DNA of 64,000 bases, from IMG/VR virus record IMGVR_UViG_3300020374_000001; one strand, written 5' to 3'. Shown in pieces: positions 18,880 to 29,293 of this stretch. Position 1 is the first letter of the stretch; every line of letters starts with the position of its first letter. The translations under genes and the position numbers were made by a program. A model generated the notes under the pieces. It did not search any database, was not told the DNA's origin, and saw only the letters and a program-made list of their open reading frames with translations. Source of the DNA: a virus (lineage: Duplodnaviria; Caudoviricetes).

Positions 18880-20512
18880 TGTAAATGACGCATATTTAGG
18901 TAACCCTAATTTAAAGAAAGTTAACACACCAGTTAGTTTTACTAAAGAACAAATAGTAGAATATCAAAAGTGTGCTAATAATCCTATATATTTTATGGAA
19001 ACCTATATGCAAATTGTTTCCTTAGATGAAGGACTTGTTCCTTTTAAAATGTATGACTTTCAAAAGAAGATAGTTAATACTATTCATAATAACAGATTTA
19101 CAATTTGCAAACTACCTAGACAATCAGGTAAATCAACTACAACGGTTGCTTATCTAATGCACTATGCAATGTTTAATCCAAATACAAATGTTGCTATACT
19201 TGCCAATAAATCTTCTACTGCTAGAGATATATTAGGAAGACTTCAACTTGCATATGAAAATTTACCAAAATGGATGCAACAAGGTGTTATCAATTGGAAC
19301 AAAGGTAATATAGAATTAGAAAACAAATCAACTATTGTTGCCGCTGCTACATCTTCAAGTGCTATTAGGGGTGGTTCATATAATATAATATTCCTTGATG
19401 AGTTTGCTTTCGTACCTACAAACATTGCTGAAATGTTTTTTAGTTCCGTTTATCCTACAATATCTTCAGGACAAAAAACAAAAATGATTATAGTATCAAC
19501 ACCTTATGGTATGAATCAATTTTATAAACTATGGATAGACGCAGAAAAGAAAAGAAACGATTACATACCTATTGATGTACATTGGTCAGAGGTACCAGGT
19601 AGAGATGATGAGTGGAAAGAACAAACAATTAGAAATACATCACCTGAGCAATTTCAACAAGAGTTTGAGTGTGAGTTTTTAGGTTCTGTTAATACACTTA
19701 TTAGTCCTTCTAAAATTAAATCTTTAGTTTATGATACACCTAAAAGATCAAAACAAAGTGTAGAACAATTTGAAGAACCTATTAAAGGTCGTACATATGT
19801 TGTAACCGTAGATGTCGCAAGAGGTGTAGATAAAGATTACTCGGCGTTTGTTGTATTTGATGTAACTAAAATGCCATTTAGAGTAGTTGCAATATATAAA
19901 AATAATGAAGTAAAACCTTTTGTATTTCCTAATATTATATCTGAAATTGCAAAAAGATATAATCAAGCACACATATTAACTGAAGTAAACGATATAGGTC
20001 AACAGATAGCAGAAGCACTACAATATGAGATAGAATATCCTAATGTATTAATGTGTACTCAAAAAGGTCGTGCTGGTCAAATATTAGGTGCTATGTATAG
20101 TGGTCGTGGTTCATCTCTAGGTGTTCGTATGACAAAACAGATTAAACGAGTAGGATGTGCTAATTTAAAGACATTAATTGAAGGAGATAAGTTAATTATT
20201 AACTCTTTCAAAATCATAGAGGAAATGTCAACTTTTGCTAAAAGAGGTCAATCCTGGCAGGCTGAGGACGGTAGCAATGATGATTTGATGATGTGCTTAG
20301 TTATCTTTGGTTGGGTATCAAATCAAGGATACTTCAAAGAATTGACTAATCAAAATGCTCGTATGCAAATGTATGCTGAACAACAAAATTTAATAGAACA
20401 AGATATGGCACCGTTTGGTTTTGTAGATGACGGTGTTAATACTGAAGAAAATGAAGAAACAATAGACGAATATGGAGATAGATGGATACCTGTGGTGCGT
20501 AAAAACCATTAG
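18872..20512 (+). CDS. gp17: Terminase large subunit gp17
   Basis: YLGNPNLKK, PRQSGKST Walker A, FLDEFAF Walker B, DDLMM nuclease motif; start set at ATG 18872. Confidence 0.96.
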   Translation: MANVNDAYLGNPNLKKVNTPVSFTKEQIVEYQKCANNPIYFMETYMQIVSLDEGLVPFKMYDFQKKIVNTIHNNRFTICKLPRQSGKSTTTVAYLMHYAMFNPNTNVAILANKSSTARDILGRLQLAYENLPKWMQQGVINWNKGNIELENKSTIVAAATSSSAIRGGSYNIIFLDEFAFVPTNIAEMFFSSVYPTISSGQKTKMIIVSTPYGMNQFYKLWIDAEKKRNDYIPIDVHWSEVPGRDDEWKEQTIRNTSPEQFQQEFECEFLGSVNTLISPSKIKSLVYDTPKRSKQSVEQFEEPIKGRTYVVTVDVARGVDKDYSAFVVFDVTKMPFRVVAIYKNNEVKPFVFPNIISEIAKRYNQAHILTEVNDIGQQIAEALQYEIEYPNVLMCTQKGRAGQILGAMYSGRGSSLGVRMTKQIKRVGCANLKTLIEGDKLIINSFKIIEEMSTFAKRGQSWQAEDGSNDDLMMCLVIFGWVSNQGYFKELTNQNARMQMYAEQQNLIEQDMAPFGFVDDGVNTEENEETIDEYGDRWIPVVRKNH

Positions 20513-20524
20513 GTTTGTGTTTAT

Positions 20525-20532
20525 TATAAATA
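20525..20532 (+). promoter_or_regulatory. Late promoter TATAAATA
   Basis: Exact consensus upstream of gp18. Confidence 0.85.
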
Positions 20533-20624
20533 TCAGTAAGAATGAAATTTAACTATGGGCGTATGAATAATACGAGTTTTGAATAAAATGACAACTAAAT
20601 TAGCTAATTAGAGGAGAATAACTT

Positions 20625-22562
20625 ATGGCATTTCAAGTATCACCTGGTGTTCTCGTACAGGAAAGAGATTTAACAAGAATCATTCCTGCAGTATCAACTT
20701 CAATCGGTGCAGTTGCTGGACAATTCAGCAAAGGTCCGTTAGATGAGATAGTTTCTATTTCTAGTGAACAAGAACTTGTAGATACGTTTGGTAAACCTGA
20801 TAGTACGAACTTTGAGTATTTTTTCAGCGCTGCTAACTTCTTACAATATTCTAACTCATTAAGAGTAGTACGAGCTACCCAAACAAGTTTAGTCAACGCT
20901 ACCGCTGGTGGCTCTGGTTTGCTTGTAAAAAATAAACAAGACTACGAAGATAATTACTCAACTGGACAAGGTTCAGTAGGTACTTTTGCTGCTAGATCAG
21001 CAGGTGCTTGGGGTAATAGTCTTTCAGTAGCAACTTGTCCAAGTGCTAACGCATTTGAACAAACAACAACTACATCTCAACAAGTAGATGGAGGCGCTTC
21101 TGTTGGTGCAACTACAATAACGGTTGACTCAGACGCAACAAGTTACCTTAATATCGGAGACGTTATTGAGTTTTCTTCAACTGCTTCAGGTGTAGATTTT
21201 ACTACTGGTGAAAAATATAGAGTAACTAACCTTACTTCAACGGTCGTAACAATTGTACAACATCCTAGAGGCGAAGGCGGTTTAATAACTGCTGTTGTAG
21301 ATAACGCAAGAATCAAAAGAAAATGGAGATACGCAGATCAAGTTGATGGCGCTCCAGGAACTTCTGCTTGGACTTCTACAAGATCAGGTTCTGGCGATGA
21401 AATACACGTAGTTGTAATAGATGAAGACGGAGGAGTTTCAGGAGTACCTGGAACGGTTTTAGAATCTTATTCTAAATTATCAAAAGCTTCAGACGCAAAA
21501 TCACCACAAGGAGATGTTAACTACTATCCAAGTGTAATTAGTAACAAATCTAGTTACGTATTTTGGATGGATCATAACACTTCTGGAACCAATTGGGGTA
21601 ACGCAGCCGCAGGAACAACATTTACTGCTGTTGATGTACCTACAAGTGAATCATTATCTGGCGGAGTAGATGGTTCTGCTGCTACTGACGGTCAATTAAA
21701 AACTGCTTACGAGAAGTTTAATGACGCCGACACGGTAGATGTAGGATTATTAATCGCTGGACCAAGTGGTTCTGCTTCACACGTTGAAAGTATGATTACA
21801 ATTGCAGAAAATAGAAAAGATGTAGTTGTATTCGCTTCACCGCAAAGAAGTGATGTGGTTAATGTATCAAACTCAAATACACAAACAAGTAATGTAACTG
21901 GTTTCTTTGATGGAATTAGATCATCTTCTTATGTTGTATTTGATAGTGGTTACAAATATTGCTACGATAGATACAATGATGTGTACAGATATGTACCATT
22001 AAACGGAGACATTGCTGGATTGGCTGCTAGAACAGACATATTAGCGGATTCTTGGTTCTCACCTGCAGGATTAAACCGAGGTGTAATTAGAGGCGCTGCT
22101 AAATTAGCATATAATCCTACAAAATCACAAAGAGATGATCTTTACACAAGTAGAGTAAATCCAGTTGCAACTTTCTCAGGACAAGGAACAATCTTGTTTG
22201 GAGATAAAACTGGTTTATCATCACCGAGTGCATTTGATAGAATCAATGTTAGACGATTGTTCATCACTTTAGAGAAGGCAGTATCAACTGCTTCTAAATT
22301 CCAACTCTTTGAATTTAATGACGAATTTACAAGAGCGAACTTTAGAAACATTGTAGAACCTTTTTTAAGAGAAGTACAAGGTAGACGTGGTATCACAGAC
22401 TTTTTAGTAGTGTGTGATGAAACTAACAACACAGGCGAAGTAATTGATAGAAATGAATTTGTTGCAGAAATTTTTGTAAAACCTGCAAGAAGTATCAACT
22501 TTATCACATTATCTTTTGTCGCAACCAGAACTGGCGTTTCTTTTGAAGAAGTCGCTGGGTAA
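20625..22562 (+). CDS. gp18: Tail sheath protein gp18
   Basis: SPGVLVQERD, WFSPAGLNRG, FDRINVRRLF, KPARSINFI. Confidence 0.97.
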   Translation: MAFQVSPGVLVQERDLTRIIPAVSTSIGAVAGQFSKGPLDEIVSISSEQELVDTFGKPDSTNFEYFFSAANFLQYSNSLRVVRATQTSLVNATAGGSGLLVKNKQDYEDNYSTGQGSVGTFAARSAGAWGNSLSVATCPSANAFEQTTTTSQQVDGGASVGATTITVDSDATSYLNIGDVIEFSSTASGVDFTTGEKYRVTNLTSTVVTIVQHPRGEGGLITAVVDNARIKRKWRYADQVDGAPGTSAWTSTRSGSGDEIHVVVIDEDGGVSGVPGTVLESYSKLSKASDAKSPQGDVNYYPSVISNKSSYVFWMDHNTSGTNWGNAAAGTTFTAVDVPTSESLSGGVDGSAATDGQLKTAYEKFNDADTVDVGLLIAGPSGSASHVESMITIAENRKDVVVFASPQRSDVVNVSNSNTQTSNVTGFFDGIRSSSYVVFDSGYKYCYDRYNDVYRYVPLNGDIAGLAARTDILADSWFSPAGLNRGVIRGAAKLAYNPTKSQRDDLYTSRVNPVATFSGQGTILFGDKTGLSSPSAFDRINVRRLFITLEKAVSTASKFQLFEFNDEFTRANFRNIVEPFLREVQGRRGITDFLVVCDETNNTGEVIDRNEFVAEIFVKPARSINFITLSFVATRTGVSFEEVAG

Positions 22563-22584
22563 TTAGTAGAGGAGAAAAAATAAA

Positions 22585-23112
22585 ATGGCAAACATAAATG
22601 ACTTCAAAGCTAAACTTGCTGGTGGTGGCGCAAGAGCCAATCAGTTTAAGGTAACTATGCCTTTTCCTGGTTACGCACAAGTTGGTGGAGAAATAGAAGA
22701 CTTAGCGTTTCTATGTACAAGTACAACAATACCTGCTATGACGGTAGGTAATGTTAATGTTCCTTTTAGAGGTAGACAGATCAAAGTTGCAGGTGATAGA
22801 ACATTTGCAGATTGGTCAATTACGGTTCTTAACGATACGAACTTTAAGTTAAGAAATGCTTTTGAAAGATGGCAAAATGGTATCAACAATATGTCAGACA
22901 ACGAAGGATTATCAAATCCTGTTGACTATCAAGTTGACGCTTTTGTTGACCAGTTGGACAGAAACGGTAATACATTAAAATCTTATACTTTAAGAGGCGC
23001 TTATCCTGTGGATATAGCGGCTATTGATTTGAATTTTGCAACGAATGACGAAGTTGAAACATTTGGTGTAACTTTCCAATATCAATATTTTGAAACAAAC
23101 ACTACTACATAG
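22585..23112 (+). CDS. gp19: Tail tube protein gp19
   Basis: GGARANQF, FRGR.IK.AGDRTF..W. Confidence 0.96.
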   Translation: MANINDFKAKLAGGGARANQFKVTMPFPGYAQVGGEIEDLAFLCTSTTIPAMTVGNVNVPFRGRQIKVAGDRTFADWSITVLNDTNFKLRNAFERWQNGINNMSDNEGLSNPVDYQVDAFVDQLDRNGNTLKSYTLRGAYPVDIAAIDLNFATNDEVETFGVTFQYQYFETNTTT

Positions 23113-23123
23113 TAGATAAATTT

Positions 23124-23150
23124 AAAGGGCGCCGTCAAAAGCGCCCTTTT
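23124..23150 (+). terminator. Intrinsic terminator after gp19
   Basis: AAAGGGCGC-cgtcaaaa-GCGCCCTTT followed by T. Confidence 0.85.
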
Positions 23151-23158
23151 AAAACTAT

Positions 23159-23166
23159 TATAAGTA
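23159..23166 (+). promoter_or_regulatory. Late promoter variant TATAAGTA
   Basis: Directly after the terminator, upstream of gp20. Confidence 0.6.
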
Positions 23167-23189
23167 TTAGGAGAAACAAAGGATAAATT

Positions 23190-24716
23190 ATGGCAGAGTT
23201 ATTTGGTTTTAATATAACTAGAGTTAAACCACAAACAGATCCAAAACAACAATTCAGTCAACCTCAAGCGGAAGACGGCACACAGGTAGTTGCCGCTGGT
23301 GGTTTCTTTGGTAGTTACCTTGATATGGAAGGTACTGCTAAAACTGAGCAGGACTTAATTAGAAGATATAGAGAAATTGCTTTACATCCAGAATGTGATA
23401 TGGCAATTGAGGATATTGTTAATGAGGCAATTACTTCTAATGAAAATAGACAATCTGTAAAAGTTGTAACTGATGGTTTAGATTATTCTTCAGCTATTAA
23501 ACAAAAAATAGAACAAGAATTTGCTGAAGTATTAAGACTATTACAATTTAACACAAGAGGACACGACCTCTTTAGAAGATGGTATGTTGATGGAAGAATC
23601 TTTTTCCAAAAGGTTATTGACGCTGAAAACACAAAGAACGGTATAACAGAATTAAAGTACCTTGATCCTAGAAAGATTAAGAAGATTAGAGAAGTTAGAA
23701 AGAGAAGACCTGAAGGTATGGTTTCTCCTACTAACATTAATATTGCAGACGAAACGGTAGAATATTTTGTATATAATGAAAGAGGTATACAAGGATCGGC
23801 TGCTATTCAAGGAATTAAAATTGCTGTGGACACTATTGCATTTTGTCCATCAGGAATGATAGATCAGAATAAGAATGGTTTAATATTATCTTATTTACAT
23901 AAGGCAATTAAACCTGTCAATCAGTTAAGAATGATTGAAGACGCTGCTGTGATTTACAGAATCGCAAGAGCACCTGAAAGAAGAATATTTAAGATTGATG
24001 TAGGTAATTTACCTAAGGCAAAAGCAGAATCTTATTTAAGAGATGTTATGGCAAGATATAGAAACAAACTTGTTTATGACGCTTCAACAGGAGAAATAAG
24101 AGATGACAGAAATTATATGTCAATGCTTGAAGACTTTTGGTTGCCAAGTAGAGAAGGTGGTAGAGGAACAGATATTACTACACTTCCAGGTGGTGCTAAT
24201 TTAGGTGAAATAGCAGACATAGAATATTTTAGAGCAAAATTATATAGATCATTAAACGTACCTGTAAGTAGATTAGAGGCAAGTCAAGGTTTCAATCTAG
24301 GTAGATCATCTGAAATTAGTAGAGATGAATTGAAATTTACTAAATTTGTAGGTAGATTAAGAAAGAAATTTACAGAATTGTTTAATGATTTATTAAGAAC
24401 ACAATTAATAATCAAAGGTGTAATTTCTGAAACAGAATGGCCAATGGTTAGAGATAGTATCTTCTACGACTTTTTACAAGACGGTCACTTTGCAGAATTA
24501 AAGAATACTGAAATGTTAAGAGAAAGACTAAACTTGGCAAGAGAAGTAAGAGATTATGTTGGTAAATATTTTTCTGTTAATTATGTTAGAAGAAACATAT
24601 TAAAACAAACAGAATCAGAAATTAAGAAAATGGATGCTGAAATCAAAAAAGAAATTGATGACGGCATAATTTCATCACCTGAAGTACAAACAACAGGTAA
24701 TGATGAATTAATATAG
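23190..24716 (+). CDS. gp20: Portal protein gp20
   Basis: WYVDGR, IYRIARAPERRIFKIDVG, MLEDFWLPSREGGRGT. Confidence 0.97.
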   Translation: MAELFGFNITRVKPQTDPKQQFSQPQAEDGTQVVAAGGFFGSYLDMEGTAKTEQDLIRRYREIALHPECDMAIEDIVNEAITSNENRQSVKVVTDGLDYSSAIKQKIEQEFAEVLRLLQFNTRGHDLFRRWYVDGRIFFQKVIDAENTKNGITELKYLDPRKIKKIREVRKRRPEGMVSPTNINIADETVEYFVYNERGIQGSAAIQGIKIAVDTIAFCPSGMIDQNKNGLILSYLHKAIKPVNQLRMIEDAAVIYRIARAPERRIFKIDVGNLPKAKAESYLRDVMARYRNKLVYDASTGEIRDDRNYMSMLEDFWLPSREGGRGTDITTLPGGANLGEIADIEYFRAKLYRSLNVPVSRLEASQGFNLGRSSEISRDELKFTKFVGRLRKKFTELFNDLLRTQLIIKGVISETEWPMVRDSIFYDFLQDGHFAELKNTEMLRERLNLAREVRDYVGKYFSVNYVRRNILKQTESEIKKMDAEIKKEIDDGIISSPEVQTTGNDELI

Positions 24717-24724
24717 GAGAAAAA

Positions 24725-25039
24725 ATGAGCGAAGAAGTAAAACAATTTATAGATAAGATGGCAAAAAACGATATGGTCGGTGCTGGCGATGCTTTTAAAG
24801 ACGCTTTAAGAGCAAAAGTTGGGGATCAATTAGATGTGAAAAGACAAGATGTTGCTGGAAATATGTTTCAGGCACAACCTCATAGTGATCCAAAACCAGA
24901 GATCGCAGGTACAGGTACTTTTACACAAGATGGACAAGTTGAACCTACAGGTGCAAACGCACAAGAAACACAACCAGAAACACCAGAGGTATCGGATGCA
25001 GAAAGTCAGCCAGCTAATACAGACGCAACAGGCGTTTAA
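24725..25039 (+). CDS. Prohead core-associated protein (gp67-like position)
   Basis: Acidic 104 aa ORF directly after the portal; GGAG RBS. Confidence 0.55.
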   Translation: MSEEVKQFIDKMAKNDMVGAGDAFKDALRAKVGDQLDVKRQDVAGNMFQAQPHSDPKPEIAGTGTFTQDGQVEPTGANAQETQPETPEVSDAESQPANTDATGV

Positions 25040-25235
25040 TAGTAAATCTTATAACGATTTGTCGCCAGTTTTAAAAGAGGCGATTAACGACACAATGAAA
25101 TTAGTTAAGAGTGATGGTAATTTATTATTTAACTTTGAAAATGCAATTAATAAAGTTGCAGAATTTCATAATGTCAACAAAGACGATATTGAAGAATACT
25201 TTGATAACGAATTAAAAGAACAAGTGGGAGAATAA
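24996..25235 (+). CDS. Hypothetical head-module protein
   Basis: Start moved to ATG 24996 (GAGGT RBS): MQKVSQLIQT...; overlaps the previous gene by 44 nt. Confidence 0.55.
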   Translation: MQKVSQLIQTQQAFNSKSYNDLSPVLKEAINDTMKLVKSDGNLLFNFENAINKVAEFHNVNKDDIEEYFDNELKEQVGE

Positions 25236-25236
25236 A

Positions 25237-25470
25237 ATGGCGTGGGTAGATGTACCAGGATCAAATAGTATTTGGCAGTATGATAATGCTGCTACTATTT
25301 CTAATACTTACAAAGATTCAGCAGATGGCAGTAATGTTGCTATCTCTGGTGGTATTAGAACTTTTACTAAACCAGGTGGTGGATCGACTCAAGTTTACAT
25401 AAGAACTAGAAAGAAAGGCGAAACGGTAGAACGAGGCGAACTTTCTAAAACTTTTTATGACGCACAATAG
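25237..25470 (+). CDS. Hypothetical virion protein
   Basis: 77 aa, GGAG RBS. Confidence 0.6.
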   Translation: MAWVDVPGSNSIWQYDNAATISNTYKDSADGSNVAISGGIRTFTKPGGGSTQVYIRTRKKGETVERGELSKTFYDAQ

Positions 25471-25479
25471 GAAATAGAA

Positions 25480-25872
25480 ATGGCAGATATAGTATCAACA
25501 CAAGTATTATCAGACACATCTGGAGTTAAGTACGTTGCAAAATTGACTAACATATCAGATGGTTCTGGTGAATCTTTAGTTAAAAAAATAGACGCTTCAA
25601 GTGCAACTTTTATGACCGAAGATGGTAGTAGAAAGATTGCAAAAATATGGTGGTCTGTTAATACAACAAAATCTAATGCAAGTGTAGAGTTAGTATGGGG
25701 TGGTGAAACAAACGCAACAGCAATGTTATTAAATGGTCAAGGTTATTGGGATTTAAGAACTGCTGGTAATGAGATTGTTAACAATGCTACTACACCTACA
25801 GGTGATGTTTTACTATCTACAAGGGACTTTGTAGTAGGGGATAATTACACGATTTTAGTAGAGTTTAGATAA
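25480..25872 (+). CDS. Hypothetical virion protein
   Basis: 130 aa, TGDVLLST motif, in the head module. Confidence 0.6.
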   Translation: MADIVSTQVLSDTSGVKYVAKLTNISDGSGESLVKKIDASSATFMTEDGSRKIAKIWWSVNTTKSNASVELVWGGETNATAMLLNGQGYWDLRTAGNEIVNNATTPTGDVLLSTRDFVVGDNYTILVEFR

Positions 25873-25879
25873 AAAAAGT

Positions 25880-25887
25880 TATAAATA
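25880..25887 (+). promoter_or_regulatory. Late promoter TATAAATA
   Basis: Exact consensus upstream of gp21. Confidence 0.85.
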
Positions 25888-25904
25888 TACAAGAGAGAGA
25901 ATAA

Positions 25905-26549
25905 ATGAAGTTAATATCCGAAGAAATCACAAACGCAGAATACCTAGTTGAAGAAACTAACGGTAAGAAGAATTATAAAATTAGAGGCGTTTTTCTACAA
26001 TCAGACTTAAAAAATAGAAATGGACGTGTCTATCCCAAAGACATATTGAATAATGAGGTAGAAAGATACAATAGAGAATTTATCAACAAAAAACGTGCAT
26101 TTGGTGAGTTAGGACATCCTGACGGACCAACGGTAAATCTGGAAAGAGTTAGTCATATGATTACTAAACTTGCACCAGATGGACAGAATTTTGTAGGTGA
26201 AGCAAAGATAATGAACACACCATACGGTAAGATTGTAAAAGGTCTTATTGACGAAGGTGCTCAACTAGGAGTATCTAGTAGAGGTATGGGTTCGTTAGAA
26301 ACAAGAGGTGGCGCAAACTATGTAAAAGATGACTTTTACTTGGCAACCGCTGCTGATATAGTCGCAGATCCAAGTGCTCCAGACGCTTTCGTAGAAGGTA
26401 TTATGGAGAGTAAAGAGTGGGTTTGGGACAACGGAGTACTCGTAGAAAAGAGCATAGAATCTTGGAAACGAGAGATAGAAAGTGCGAAAAGACACGCTTT
26501 AGCAGAAGCTAAAATAAAAGTCTTTAAAAACTTTCTTTCAAATCTCTAG
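25905..26549 (+). CDS. gp21: Prohead protease gp21
   Basis: NRNGRVYP, GELGHP, GVSSRGMGS, DIVADPSAP. Confidence 0.96.
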   Translation: MKLISEEITNAEYLVEETNGKKNYKIRGVFLQSDLKNRNGRVYPKDILNNEVERYNREFINKKRAFGELGHPDGPTVNLERVSHMITKLAPDGQNFVGEAKIMNTPYGKIVKGLIDEGAQLGVSSRGMGSLETRGGANYVKDDFYLATAADIVADPSAPDAFVEGIMESKEWVWDNGVLVEKSIESWKREIESAKRHALAEAKIKVFKNFLSNL

Positions 26550-26552
26550 TTT

Positions 26553-26560
26553 TATAAATA
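26553..26560 (+). promoter_or_regulatory. Late promoter TATAAATA
   Basis: Exact consensus upstream of gp22. Confidence 0.85.
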
Positions 26561-26611
26561 TTAACAATTAATTAATTAAAACTAGTTTTAACTATTAAAG
26601 AGGAGATTTCA

Positions 26612-27841
26612 ATGGCCGAAACAGACAAAACACTTGTTGAAGCAGGAAAAGAAGTAATGGAAGCAACAGCTCCAGATGCTCCTAAAAAGAACGCTGTACC
26701 CGCTGAGCCTTCACCGTTAAAAAATGACGCTGAAGATTTAGGCGCAGCTGTAGTAAAACCTACAGACAGCAATCCTGACGCAACAAAAAAAGTTAAAGAA
26801 GTTTCTGGGCAAGCACCTCAAAAATCAGAAGGTGCTCCTGATCCAATGCCAAAAATGGATTCAAAACATCCAGGTAAAGCAATGGAAGCAAAAGAAACTG
26901 ACAAAGATTCGGAAGATAAAGAAATCAAAGAAGGCGAAATGCCTGCAGGTCTTAAAAAGTACCTTGACAAAAAAGACGATAAAAAAGAGTCTATGGACGA
27001 CAAGGAAAAAGAGAAAGTGAATGCTTCATATAAAAAAGAAGACGCAGACGCTGACAAGAAAAAAGAAGAACCTAAGGCAGAAGAAAAAGAAGAAAAGAAA
27101 GATATTGACGTAAAAGAACACGTTGATGCTCTTGTCGCTGGAGAAGATTCATTATCTGAAGAATTTAAAACTAAAGCTGCTACCGTATTTGAAGCTGCGA
27201 TTAAATCTAAAGTAAAAGAAATCGCTGAAGAAATGCAGGCAGATTACGACAAGAAATTAACCGAAGAAACTTCTAAATCTAAAGATGAGTTAGTAGAAAA
27301 AGTTGACTCTTACCTTGCTTACGTAGTGGAAGAGTGGATGAAAGAAAACGAACTTGCTTTAGAAAGAGGAATCAAAGGTGAAATCGCTGAGGACTTTATT
27401 AGTGGTCTTAAAAAATTATTTGAAGATCATTATATTGATGTTCCAGACGAAAAATACAATGTATTAGAAGATCAATCTTCTAAAATTGAGGAGTTAGAAA
27501 AGAAACTTAACGAATCAATTGAAAAGAATGTTGAATTAACTAAAGAGAATGGCGAACACAAAAGACAAGACATCATTGATGAGGCGTCTAAAGAGTTAGC
27601 TGATACTCAAAAAGAAAAATTCAATAAACTTGCCGAAGAAGTTGAATATTCAAACGAAGAAGATTTTAAAACTAAAGTAGCAACTATTAAAGAGAGTTAC
27701 TTTGGTAAAAAAGAATCAACTAGTGAGATAGATGATGTGGCGGCAGAGTCGAATGCTGAGCAACCTCAGGATTTAACTAATGCAATGGCTGCTTATAGTG
27801 CCGCTATAAGTAAAACAAAAGACATTAAGTTGTCTAACTAA
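26612..27841 (+). CDS. gp22: Prohead core scaffold gp22
   Basis: LSEEFK.KA.TVFEAA, VDSYL.YVVEEW..EN, low-complexity acidic N-terminus. Confidence 0.93.
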   Translation: MAETDKTLVEAGKEVMEATAPDAPKKNAVPAEPSPLKNDAEDLGAAVVKPTDSNPDATKKVKEVSGQAPQKSEGAPDPMPKMDSKHPGKAMEAKETDKDSEDKEIKEGEMPAGLKKYLDKKDDKKESMDDKEKEKVNASYKKEDADADKKKEEPKAEEKEEKKDIDVKEHVDALVAGEDSLSEEFKTKAATVFEAAIKSKVKEIAEEMQADYDKKLTEETSKSKDELVEKVDSYLAYVVEEWMKENELALERGIKGEIAEDFISGLKKLFEDHYIDVPDEKYNVLEDQSSKIEELEKKLNESIEKNVELTKENGEHKRQDIIDEASKELADTQKEKFNKLAEEVEYSNEEDFKTKVATIKESYFGKKESTSEIDDVAAESNAEQPQDLTNAMAAYSAAISKTKDIKLSN

Positions 27842-27858
27842 TAGGGAGATAAAAACAA

Positions 27859-29214
27859 ATGTATTTATCAGAACAATACGAAAAAAAATGGCAGCCTGTC
27901 CTAGAACACCCTGACTTACCAAAAGTTACGGATTCTTACAGACGAGCCGTTACAGCTACTATCTTGGAAAACCAAGAAAGAGCTATGAAAGAGGACGCTG
28001 GTTTCTTAAACGAAGCAGCTCCTACAAACTCTACTGGTTCTTCAGTAGCAAATTGGGATCCAATCCTAATTTCACTAGTTAGAAGAGCTATGCCAAATCT
28101 TATCGCATACGATATTGCTGGTGTTCAGCCAATGACTGGACCAACTGGTCTTATCTTTGCAATGAGAAGTAGATACACTTCACAAACAGGAAACGAAGCA
28201 TTATTTGATGAAGCAGATACAGACTTCTCTAGCAGAAACGCTGCTGGTGACTCAAGTCAAGGTGCTGATTCAGGTGCTACTCCTACAGATCATTCAGGAA
28301 CAAACCCAAGCGTATTAAATGACGCTGCTGCTGGTTCAACAGATTATAGTAGAGGTCAAGGTATGACAACTGCTGCTGCTGAAGCACTAGGGGATGCTAC
28401 TGGAAATCAGTTTGCTGAGATGGCTTTCTCAATTGAGAAATCTACGGTTACTGCTAGAAGCAGAGCGTTAAAGGCAGAATACACTATGGAACTTGCTCAA
28501 GACTTAAAAGCAATCCACGGTTTAGATGCTGAAACGGAATTGGCAAACATCTTATCTGCTGAAATCCTTGCGGAAATCAATAGAGAAGTTGTAAGAACAA
28601 TTTACATCAATGCAGAAAAAGGTGCTGCTGTTAACACAACTACAGCTGGTATCTTTGATTTAGACACAGACTCAAACGGAAGATGGTCAGTTGAGAGATT
28701 CAAAGGACTAATGTTCCAATTAGAGAGAGATGCTAATAGAATTGCACAAAGAACAAGAAGAGGAAAAGGTAATATGATTATCTGTTCTGCTGACGTTGCT
28801 AGTGCTCTTCAAATGGCTGGTGTTTTAGATTACACTCCTGCATTAAACAACAATCTATCTGTTGACGATACTGGTAATACTTTTGCTGGTACTCTAAACG
28901 GAAGATACAAAGTATATATTGATCCATACTCAGCTAATTCAGCTGCGAAACAATACTACGTTGTCGGTTACAAAGGTACTTCACCTTATGACGCTGGTAT
29001 TTTCTACTGCCCATATGTACCATTACAAATGGTAAGAGCAGTTGGACAAGATACTTTCCAACCAAAAATTGGTTTCAAAACTAGATACGGTTTAGTTGCG
29101 AACCCATTTGCTGAAACTGGTGCTCAATCAGGTGCTGCTACTGCTGTAAACCACTCTGGTTCTGCAAATAGTAACAGATACTACCAAAGAGTACAAGTTG
29201 CTAACATAATGTAA
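27859..29214 (+). CDS. gp23: Major capsid protein gp23
   Basis: GVQPMTGPTGLIFAMR, ELAQDLKAIHGLDAE, FYCPYVPL, GFKTRYG. Confidence 0.98.
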   Translation: MYLSEQYEKKWQPVLEHPDLPKVTDSYRRAVTATILENQERAMKEDAGFLNEAAPTNSTGSSVANWDPILISLVRRAMPNLIAYDIAGVQPMTGPTGLIFAMRSRYTSQTGNEALFDEADTDFSSRNAAGDSSQGADSGATPTDHSGTNPSVLNDAAAGSTDYSRGQGMTTAAAEALGDATGNQFAEMAFSIEKSTVTARSRALKAEYTMELAQDLKAIHGLDAETELANILSAEILAEINREVVRTIYINAEKGAAVNTTTAGIFDLDTDSNGRWSVERFKGLMFQLERDANRIAQRTRRGKGNMIICSADVASALQMAGVLDYTPALNNNLSVDDTGNTFAGTLNGRYKVYIDPYSANSAAKQYYVVGYKGTSPYDAGIFYCPYVPLQMVRAVGQDTFQPKIGFKTRYGLVANPFAETGAQSGAATAVNHSGSANSNRYYQRVQVANIM

Positions 29215-29246
29215 TATTGGTTGATCGTTGTTTGACGATTACTTTA

Positions 29247-29278
29247 AAGGGGCGGCCTCAAAACCGCCCCTTTTTTTT
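29247..29278 (+). terminator. Intrinsic terminator after gp23
   Basis: AAGGGGCGG-cctcaaaa-CCGCCCCTT plus T tract. Confidence 0.92.
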
Positions 29279-29293
29279 GGCATAAATAAATGT

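Noticed and set aside
26560-26600. AT palindromes (AATTAATTAATT, AAACTAGTTT) in the gp22 leader
   Set aside because: Low-complexity AT sequence, expected by chance at this composition
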